Shown: positions 18,895 to 26,285 of the stretch, piece after piece
Numbering within the stretch: the first letter of the stretch is position 1
How the letters are laid out: each line of letters begins with the position of its first letter
Assembly (NCBI GenBank): GCA_021413905.1
Contig: JAIOPO010000003.1
Location: forward strand, 1-49,870
Reading direction: 5' to 3'
Source of the DNA: Candidatus Nomurabacteria bacterium
GTDB lineage: Bacteria; Patescibacteriota; Minisyncoccia; Phycocordibacterales; UBA9973
DNA length: 49,870 bases
The notes under the pieces: generated by a model
Told to the model about the DNA's origin: nothing
Databases searched by the model: none
What the model saw: only the letters and a program-made list of their open reading frames with translations
Position numbers and translations under genes: made by a program

Positions 18895-19849
18895 TAGTAA
18901 AAATAACATTGATATGGTTACAGATGAAGGAAAGTTAATTAAAAGCCTAAATACAATTAGCGGTAAATTTAATAGTGAAGCTTATTTATACAAATATCTG
19001 GATAATTATTATGTAGTCAGGAAAATAGGTAAACAATATAATTTATCACCTGAACAATTGGTTATTTTAGAAAAAAATCTACACACTTATTATGTCTTTT
19101 TAAAAAGATATGTACCCATAAATTTACCCAAGACTTTTTTTACTAAAATAGATAAAAATGATGATGCGATTTGTTTAGTAACAGAATATTTTCCTAAAGG
19201 AAAAATCACAGAAGTTAAAAATATTTCTAAGAAATTAAAATATTTTAAAATTGTCTCAAAGTTAATAATTAAACTATCTAGCTCTAATAATAATTTATAC
19301 TTAAATAAGTTGACATGTTCTATTGATCCAAATCCCGATAACTTTTTTATAAATTCTAATAGTAAAGTTGTTTATAACGATTTCACGCCGCCACTGTATA
19401 GGACAGATGGAAAATGGTTAGAGTTTAGAAGACAAGACGAATTGCATACTAAAAAAACCGACAAGGAAAAACGATACTTCACAGGATTTAATCTACTTTT
19501 AGTGTTTGTGAACAAAACAAGGATTCATTTACCTTTTTCTGACTACTTGAAATTTGTTACTTGGATATCAAAGGAAATACAAAATTCCAATTTATCAAGT
19601 GAGAATAATCTTGGAAAATTCCCAGAAGTTTTTAATGAAATTTATATTAAAAAAGGAGTTGATTTAAATGTTTTTGAGAAGTATGCTGTATTGAGAGATT
19701 TATTGAGATTTACTGTATCTTTTAATAAAGATTTAACAAGTGATCAGATCGAAGTAATTTATAAAAATTCCAAAGTGCCAGATGGTATTAAAATTTTAAC
19801 TAAAAAATTATATGCAAAAAATCAAAGTAGCAATAGTAGGGTTGGGTAA
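18887..19849 (+). CDS. protein-kinase-like (APH/choline-kinase-type) phosphotransferase, putative
   Basis: YYVVRKIGK (beta3 Lys), VTEYFPKG (hinge), SIDPNPDNFFI (catalytic loop D-x4-N) and VYNDFTPP (DFG-like). Confidence 0.45.
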   Translation: MINSKNNIDMVTDEGKLIKSLNTISGKFNSEAYLYKYLDNYYVVRKIGKQYNLSPEQLVILEKNLHTYYVFLKRYVPINLPKTFFTKIDKNDDAICLVTEYFPKGKITEVKNISKKLKYFKIVSKLIIKLSSSNNNLYLNKLTCSIDPNPDNFFINSNSKVVYNDFTPPLYRTDGKWLEFRRQDELHTKKTDKEKRYFTGFNLLLVFVNKTRIHLPFSDYLKFVTWISKEIQNSNLSSENNLGKFPEVFNEIYIKKGVDLNVFEKYAVLRDLLRFTVSFNKDLTSDQIEVIYKNSKVPDGIKILTKKLYAKNQSSNSRVG

Positions 19850-20852
19850 TTGTGCTAGTTCTCTAGTCCAGGGTATTGAGTTCTATAAAAATACTTATAA
19901 TAAAACTGGCTTAATAACCGAAGTAATTGGTGACTACAAAGTTGGCGATATAGAAATTGTAGCTGTTTTTGATGTCGATAAAAGAAAAGTCGGCAAAGAT
20001 ATATCAGAAGCTATATTTTCTGAACCGAATTGCACTAAAAAGTTTTCTGATGTTCCGCATAAAAATGTAATTGTAAGCAAAGGTCATGTTCTAGATGGAG
20101 TATCAATGTCTATGACAGATTATTTTCTAGTGGATGATAGTCAGGAGACATCTGATGTCGTTGAGATTTTAAAAAGTTCACAGGCTGAAATGTTTGTATG
20201 CTATTTACCTGTAGGTAGTACAAAAGCGGCCAGATTTTATGCTGAATGTGCCTTAGAAGCAGGAGTTGGTTTTATAAATGCAATCCCAGAGTTTATCTGC
20301 TCAGATCAAGAATGGATTAATAAATTTAAAGAGAAAGGGCTTCCATGTGCTGGTGACGATATAAAGTCACAAGTTGGAGCTACTATCTTACATAGAGTGA
20401 TCACAAGATTGATACAAGATAGAGGTTTTAAGATTGATAATACCTACCAACTAAACATAGGAGGTAATACTGATTTTAGAAATATGCTAGATGAGAGAAG
20501 ATTAGAGAGCAAGCGAATATCAAAAACTCAAGCAGTAGTATCAAATCTTGATGAAGGAGAAAATATTTCTACTCGCATAGGACCATCTGACTTTGTAAGT
20601 CATTTAAAAGATAACAAAGTTTGCTATATAAATGTAAAAGGTACTCAATTTGGGGATGTTCCTTTTGAGCTTGATTTAAAACTTTCTGTTGAAGATAGCC
20701 CGAATAGTGCAGGGTGTATTGTAGATGTTATTAGATACATGAAAGTTGCTTTAGAAAAAGGGATATCGGGTAGTTTAGAAGGAGTGAGTGCTTATTATTT
20801 TAAGTCTCCAGCAGTTCAAATGCGAGAAAATATTGCAAAAGAGAAACTATAA
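19812..20852 (+). CDS. ino1: myo-inositol-1-phosphate synthase
   Basis: KVAIVGLGNCASSLVQGIEFYK N-terminal Rossmann block, plus CAGDDIKSQVGATI, NIGGNTDFRNM and SKRISKTQ, characteristic of short bacterial/archaeal MIPS. Confidence 0.85.
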   Translation: MQKIKVAIVGLGNCASSLVQGIEFYKNTYNKTGLITEVIGDYKVGDIEIVAVFDVDKRKVGKDISEAIFSEPNCTKKFSDVPHKNVIVSKGHVLDGVSMSMTDYFLVDDSQETSDVVEILKSSQAEMFVCYLPVGSTKAARFYAECALEAGVGFINAIPEFICSDQEWINKFKEKGLPCAGDDIKSQVGATILHRVITRLIQDRGFKIDNTYQLNIGGNTDFRNMLDERRLESKRISKTQAVVSNLDEGENISTRIGPSDFVSHLKDNKVCYINVKGTQFGDVPFELDLKLSVEDSPNSAGCIVDVIRYMKVALEKGISGSLEGVSAYYFKSPAVQMRENIAKEKL

Positions 20853-21237
20853 TTGTATAAATATTAAATGGTAATTCTTTTATCTTTCAAAAGTAGCTTA
20901 CTTCTTAAGTGACTCAACAACTCTCGCTTTTCCCATATAGATCACTCACGTAATATGTATTTTGCATAATTGCGTATATCATTATTTAGCTCAATGTGGT
21001 ATACTTTAAGCGATTCAATACTATCTCCGTGTCTGTAAGCTAGATGTCGACTATCCATGCAAGACCAAAAAAAACAATTCCCGCCCATCCAGAATCAAAC
21101 GGAAAATCCGTCTCTTTTAATATTTGTCATTTTTAAATTTTAAAATCTTTTTTAAAAAAAAATATTCTAAATATTATTCTAATAAATCTAAACTTAACAT
21201 TAATTTGTAATTAAAAAATATTACAAAAAATAAAAAT

Positions 21238-22413
21238 ATGAAAAAATTCTTAAATAATAAAATCGTAACAATAACGAGCTTTGCATTAGTGCTCGGTTTT
21301 GCAGGATTGATCACAGTTTTAGCGGCCACAAATCCATCACTAGGAATGTCCAATTCATTTGGCATACTTTCCAGCACATACACAAATATATCAGCAGGCA
21401 CAGTAAATGGAGATGTAGGATACACTACCCCACCTGTAACACCAACAACTGTCACAGGATTAATACATGTAGCAGATATTACTTATAATCAAGCTGGTTT
21501 AGATCAAAACAGTTCTTTAGTAGACTTAAACAGTCAACCTTGTGATTTTAATTTTGGTTCCGCGACAGATCTTAGTCTAGAATCACAACCATTAATCCCA
21601 GGAGTTTATTGTGTCACAGGAGCTCAATCCATAGGTACTGGAGGAATAACTCTTAACGGATCCGGAACTTATATATTCAGATCTACAGGAGCTCTTACTA
21701 CAGTAACAGGTTCGTCTGTCACACTAGCCGGTGGCGCATCAGCATGTGATGTCTTTTGGACACCAATACAAGCGACAACTCTAGCTGCAAATACAGATTT
21801 CACAGGAACAGTAATAGATGCAGCAGGTATTACTGTAGGAAGCACTGTCACATGGCTTGGAAGAGCTTTAGCATTCGGAGGTACTGTAACCACAAACACA
21901 GACACAATAACAGTACCGACTTGCACAGTACCAGCACCAGCAACTCTTCATGTTATTAAAACAGTAGTCAACCATAACAGCACAGGAGTTTCTTCTGATT
22001 TTAATTTATATGTTAAACTTTCTGGAGTAAATATAGCAGGAAGTCCACTAGCTGGAGCTGTCACCCCAGGAAATACTTATACAATATCAGCTGGTACATA
22101 TGTAGTAAGCGAAGATTTAAATACAGCTTATTCATCAAGCTTCAGTGGAGATTGTAATTCAAATGGAACCATAATTTTATCTGCTAGTGATGATAAGACT
22201 TGTACAATAACAAACACATACATAGTACCAACAGTTAACAGTGGTGGGAGAAATGGAGGTGGAGGAGGTTTCTTATTAACTCAACAACAAGCGCCAACAC
22301 AACAACAAATAATTACACCAATCTCAAATACAACAACGACATCTTCTCCTGTTATATTTCCAATACCTCCTAAATTTCCAAACACAGGATTTGCCCCTAG
22401 AAATATATTTTAA
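21238..22413 (+). CDS. secreted DUF3494 (ice-binding-like beta-helix) protein with C-terminal beta-sandwich domain and PNTG tail
   Basis: Signal/anchor peptide. DUF3494 blocks LGMSNSFGILSSTYTN, GTVNGDVGY, PGVYC, TLNGSGTYIFRSTGALTT, ACDVFW, GRALAFGGTVT. Then an LHVIKTVVNHN...CTITNTY domain, a Gly run, and the C-terminal FPNTGFAPRNIF. Confidence 0.75.
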   Translation: MKKFLNNKIVTITSFALVLGFAGLITVLAATNPSLGMSNSFGILSSTYTNISAGTVNGDVGYTTPPVTPTTVTGLIHVADITYNQAGLDQNSSLVDLNSQPCDFNFGSATDLSLESQPLIPGVYCVTGAQSIGTGGITLNGSGTYIFRSTGALTTVTGSSVTLAGGASACDVFWTPIQATTLAANTDFTGTVIDAAGITVGSTVTWLGRALAFGGTVTTNTDTITVPTCTVPAPATLHVIKTVVNHNSTGVSSDFNLYVKLSGVNIAGSPLAGAVTPGNTYTISAGTYVVSEDLNTAYSSSFSGDCNSNGTIILSASDDKTCTITNTYIVPTVNSGGRNGGGGGFLLTQQQAPTQQQIITPISNTTTTSSPVIFPIPPKFPNTGFAPRNIF

Positions 22414-22431
22414 TTTTTACAAATTAAAATT

Positions 22432-23046
22432 ATGAAAAAAAAATCTATCCATTTTAAAAAACGGATTATTTTGACTTCTGTTTTACTTATATTTTTTGTT
22501 CTAATTATTTATTTATTTTTTTATGGTCAGAAAGTTGAATCAAAAAAAATAAATTCTAAAAACAATACGAGTATAAATATCACAGAAAATAAAACATCGA
22601 GCATACCAATAAATATCAAAATACCGAAAATAAATGTGAATACTAATATAGAATCAGTTGGAATTCTATCAGATGGAGCTATGGGTGTTCCCAACTCACC
22701 TGAAAATACAGCTTGGTTTAATTTAGGGGTAATACCCGGAGATATAGGCAGTGCTGTGATTGATGGTCATTCAGGATGGAAAGACAATATCCCCGCTATA
22801 TTTGATGATCTATATAAACTTAAAAAAGGAGACAAGATATATATAACAAACGATAAAGGTATCGTAAATACTTTTGTTGTTACAAAAACAAAAATTTATA
22901 AATCAAATGAAGACACAACTAGTGTATTTATTCCAAACGACAAAATATCACATCTCAATTTGATTACGTGCACTGGTATTTGGAATTCCGTAGAAAAAAG
23001 TCACACGGACAGGCTTGTGATATTTAGCGATAAAGAAATTCTATAA
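22432..23046 (+). CDS. sortase (class F/E-like)
   Basis: N-terminal TM segment, VIDGHSG (catalytic His), LNLITCTG (TLxTC Cys) and HTDRLVIF (Arg). Confidence 0.8.
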   Translation: MKKKSIHFKKRIILTSVLLIFFVLIIYLFFYGQKVESKKINSKNNTSINITENKTSSIPINIKIPKINVNTNIESVGILSDGAMGVPNSPENTAWFNLGVIPGDIGSAVIDGHSGWKDNIPAIFDDLYKLKKGDKIYITNDKGIVNTFVVTKTKIYKSNEDTTSVFIPNDKISHLNLITCTGIWNSVEKSHTDRLVIFSDKEIL

Positions 23047-24993
23047 AATAAACTTAAAGAATCTAAATACAGCAAAACCTAAACCAGAAATTACTGCTCC
23101 GAGAGCTATCGGAGTCGGTATTTTGGTTTTAGTATTTTTTACAGAAGCAGACAAAACAGAATCATTTATTTCTTTTTTTACTTCTGAAATATCTTTTTTA
23201 TTTACAACATCCACATTATTAATATTTTGATCATTAATATTAAATTTATTTATTACATCTTCTTTAACAAGATTATCTGAGATTATTTCTTTTTTTACTT
23301 CTGATACAATTACCGGTTCTATAATAATTTCTTTTTTATCTTCTGTTGCTATTGTTTTTATTTGCTCATTATTTTCAACTGATCCACCCCCAGACACAGA
23401 TAAAGGCTTGGAAACATATTGCATTATATTATTCCAAGATTTACCCAATACAGCCGATATAGCATAACTAGTAATCCAAATTCTATTCTGAATATTTTCA
23501 TTTGTTGATATTGCTCCCCCATCTGTTGCTTGCTGAAAACTCAAATAATCCAAACCAGTATGTCCATTTTTAGACCAAGACAAACCAACAGAATTCATAG
23601 CTTGCAAAACCCAACTCGTACTTGATACATTACCCCAACCTCCATCTGGATTTTGTAAATTGGATAAATAATTTTCTGCTTTTAAAAGCGCATTATTTAC
23701 ACCATCGATAGAATTAAAATTATTCAAAGCCATAATTCCGGCTGAAGTTAAATCTATACTATTTTCGAAAGACCCATCAGGGTTTTGTTTTAAAAGAAGA
23801 AAAGAAATATCTTTTTGTATAATTTCATCATTTGATGTATATCCGGAATTTGCCAAAGGAATTAAAGCAAAAATATCATCGTTTAATAAATTACTGTCAC
23901 CAAATTGAGTGCCGTCAAAACTATTAACAATATTATTTATATAATCCACACCATTAAAATTATAAGGATTTTTATTTAAAGACAATAAGGTTATCGCTCT
24001 TCGTTCATTGTCAGTCAAAATAGAACTTAAAGAATTATTTATATTTAAAAAAGAAAGTATTGAATTTATTGCATCATCATTTATATTATTCGCAGACAAA
24101 GCTATTGCAGACCAATCAGTATACATATTGCCACCAAAAGATCCGTCTGGATTTTGCTTACTCTTTAAAAAAGAAATTGCATTTGTTAAATTAAAAACAT
24201 TTGATATTAATGGTCCCCCACCCCCACCACCTGAAATCACAGGATCTGGCTTTTGTTTTACTAATAAATTATAAGAAGGAAAATAATAATCTTCTACTAT
24301 CCCAAGTGTATAAGAATCTGAATTTTCAATAATTATATTTGCAAGACCCTGATCATCTACTAGATTCGAAGATATTACTGTTGGATTCCATGCATCATCA
24401 GGATTTGGCACAGTCACGCCGACAGAAATTCCAGTCAATGGATTCCAAATATTATTTTCATAATCATATTTTTCTGCTTTTACAAAAACACTATCTCCGA
24501 CATTCATTTCATTTTTATCCAACACTAAATGGTGAGGTGTACCAAAATAAATACCGACAGTTTCTCCACCTGTGAGCAAAACATTCTCTATGCTTTCCCA
24601 TGGAGTTGTATTTCCAACTGCATATTGCCAATTGTCACAATTTTCTACCCTATCCACAGAAGAAATACATTTTAAATAAAAAGAACCAAAAGAATCATAA
24701 TATTGTAAATTTGAAACAGAAAATGAATCATTGGAAATATCTATCATTGATAAAAGACCTAACACACTTCTGGAACTCACATTATGAGGATTACCTAAAT
24801 TATCATTGATTTGCAAAATACTCTCATCGGGCAATGGTACGGAGCCTTGCCAGATAACACTGTCTCCATTACGGATAATAAAAGTTTCATTTGGAATTTC
24901 CGGAGGAACAGGTATTTCATCATCAGCTAAAACAATATTAAAATTAAAAAATAAAACAAATAAAATAACAAAAACAAATAAAAACTTTTTCAT
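23041..24993 (-). CDS. surface protein: DUF4430 domain + Ig-like domain + prenyltransferase/terpene-cyclase-like alpha/alpha toroid repeats + C-terminal TM anchor
   Basis: Signal peptide. DUF4430-like NWQYAVGNTTPW...GETVGIYFG. A GGGGGG linker. Four QxxDGxF/W repeats (KQNPDGSFGG, KQNPDGSFEN, LQNPDGGWGN, QQATDGGAIS). C-terminal hydrophobic IALGAVISGLGFAVFRFF. Confidence 0.7.
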   Translation of the reverse strand: MKKFLFVFVILFVLFFNFNIVLADDEIPVPPEIPNETFIIRNGDSVIWQGSVPLPDESILQINDNLGNPHNVSSRSVLGLLSMIDISNDSFSVSNLQYYDSFGSFYLKCISSVDRVENCDNWQYAVGNTTPWESIENVLLTGGETVGIYFGTPHHLVLDKNEMNVGDSVFVKAEKYDYENNIWNPLTGISVGVTVPNPDDAWNPTVISSNLVDDQGLANIIIENSDSYTLGIVEDYYFPSYNLLVKQKPDPVISGGGGGGPLISNVFNLTNAISFLKSKQNPDGSFGGNMYTDWSAIALSANNINDDAINSILSFLNINNSLSSILTDNERRAITLLSLNKNPYNFNGVDYINNIVNSFDGTQFGDSNLLNDDIFALIPLANSGYTSNDEIIQKDISFLLLKQNPDGSFENSIDLTSAGIMALNNFNSIDGVNNALLKAENYLSNLQNPDGGWGNVSSTSWVLQAMNSVGLSWSKNGHTGLDYLSFQQATDGGAISTNENIQNRIWITSYAISAVLGKSWNNIMQYVSKPLSVSGGGSVENNEQIKTIATEDKKEIIIEPVIVSEVKKEIISDNLVKEDVINKFNINDQNINNVDVVNKKDISEVKKEINDSVLSASVKNTKTKIPTPIALGAVISGLGFAVFRFFKFIL

Positions 24994-24994
24994 A

Positions 24995-25498
24995 CTATTT
25001 CAATTTCCACTCAATAATATCACCATCTTGTGGAATATAATAAGAAACACCGACAGATGCTTCTTTGCCATTAACATAATAAAATAAATATTTCCCATTT
25101 CCACCGTGCAAATCATTTATATCAGAAACAAAAAAACCTAAATCCGGATATGATTTACCTGAAAAATTTAATTCTCCTTTTTTTTGCTCAAACATTAAAA
25201 TATCATAAAAAGAAGTATTTTTTTCTGTTTTTATTTTTATATTATAATTACCAATTATTAAATTAACAGATATTGGATTTACGAATAGGATTTCTTGTTT
25301 TTGCTTATTTTCTATATTTTTTAATTTTTCAGTTTTTTCTATTATATTTAATTTATTTTGAATATTTAATTCCGGTTTTTTTTCCAGCACTTCTATCTCT
25401 TTATTTTTATATGAATAAAAAATAATTAATAAAATAAAAATTGCAAAAACTATCGCAAAGATTATAGAAATATTTTTTTGTATTTTACTTTTTTGCAT
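24995..25498 (-). CDS. membrane-anchored DUF4430 domain protein (transcobalamin beta-domain-like)
   Basis: N-terminal TM segment. The C-terminal GFFVSDINDLHGGNGKYLFYYVNGKEASVGVSYYIPQDGDIIEWKL fits the DUF4430 pattern. Confidence 0.7.
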   Translation of the reverse strand: MQKSKIQKNISIIFAIVFAIFILLIIFYSYKNKEIEVLEKKPELNIQNKLNIIEKTEKLKNIENKQKQEILFVNPISVNLIIGNYNIKIKTEKNTSFYDILMFEQKKGELNFSGKSYPDLGFFVSDINDLHGGNGKYLFYYVNGKEASVGVSYYIPQDGDIIEWKLK

Positions 25499-25503
25499 AT
25501 AAA

Positions 25504-25529
25504 TAAAAAAACACCTTCCGAGCGGGGTG
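25504..25529 (-). terminator. riboswitch expression-platform hairpin plus U-run
   Basis: Minus-strand RNA CACCCCGCUCGGAAGGUG followed by UUUUUUU. It contains the SD-like GGAAGGUG. Its GCUCGG can alternatively pair with CCGAGC just 3' of the aptamer. Confidence 0.5.
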
Positions 25530-25575
25530 CATTATATAAAAAATATTATAAATATTTTCCTGCTCGGGACTCATA

Positions 25576-25660
25576 TTATATTTGGCAATCGGACTTTCCT
25601 TTTTACAGGATTACCGTAGCGGCACTGTGGAGGATTTACACCTCACTTCCCCAAATATAA
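25576..25660 (-). promoter_or_regulatory. cobalamin riboswitch aptamer (compact, class-II-like)
   Basis: Minus-strand RNA is closed by a perfect 10-bp P1 (UUAUAUUUGG/CCAAAUAUAA). The core GGGAAGUGAGGUGUAAAUCCUCCACAGUGCCGCUACGGUAA matches the conserved GGGAA..GGUG.AAAUCC...CCGCUAC.GUAA block. AAGUCCGAUUGCC is B12-box-like. Confidence 0.7.
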
Positions 25661-25722
25661 AATATTAAATTTTTAAATACTCACAAAATAATTATATACC
25701 TATTGAAAAAATTTGCAATAAA

Positions 25723-26280
25723 TTAATCATAACGCGGGGCTTCTTCGGAAATACCATTGATATGATTAAACATTCTAGCAAAAGCATATAAAACGCTAGA
25801 AAGACGATTTAAATAAGCCAAAGTTTCTGGGCTTATTTTAGCCAAACCTTCATCGTGAACACCCACAACACGTCTTTCAGCTCTACGTGCGATAGTGCGG
25901 GCTATATCTGAAATACTTGCAAGCTCTGTACCACCAGATACAAAAAAAGTTTTTATAGGAGGTAAAGATTTCTCTATATTGTCTATAATATATTCTAACC
26001 ATTTTACTTTTTCTAAAGTAATATTTTTTTCTGCTCCAGCTGTTTCAGCTTGAACAATAAATAAATCTTGTTGAATTCTGTCTATTGTCTCAGGCACATT
26101 TAAATTATTTTTTTCTAAAACAAAAAAAACATCGACGGATTTTATCTTTAAAAAACCTAGAAAAGAATTTATCTCATCTAAAGTACCCAAGGCTTCAGCA
26201 ATAGCAGAACTCTTTGATATACGTTGATCGCAACCAAATGTTTTTGTTGTTCCGCTATCACCTTTCCTTGTATATAACAT
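25723..26280 (-). CDS. pduO: ATP:cob(I)alamin adenosyltransferase, PduO type
   Basis: The N-terminal YTRKGDSGTTKTFG...ISKSSAIAEALGTLDEINSFLG is the canonical PduO-type signature. Confidence 0.85.
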   Translation of the reverse strand: MLYTRKGDSGTTKTFGCDQRISKSSAIAEALGTLDEINSFLGFLKIKSVDVFFVLEKNNLNVPETIDRIQQDLFIVQAETAGAEKNITLEKVKWLEYIIDNIEKSLPPIKTFFVSGGTELASISDIARTIARRAERRVVGVHDEGLAKISPETLAYLNRLSSVLYAFARMFNHINGISEEAPRYD

Positions 26281-26285
26281 AAATT

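Noticed and set aside
21174-21959. Antisense or alternate-frame ORFs 21174-21455, 21669-21926 and 21756-21959.
   Set aside because: They overlap the DUF3494 gene, whose Thr/Gly/Val-rich, low-stop composition keeps other frames open. The sense frame carries the family motifs.
25478-25660. 60-aa plus-strand ORF in the gap between the DUF4430 gene and pduO.
   Set aside because: The region folds on the minus strand into a cobalamin riboswitch with a 10-bp P1. The ORF is incidental.
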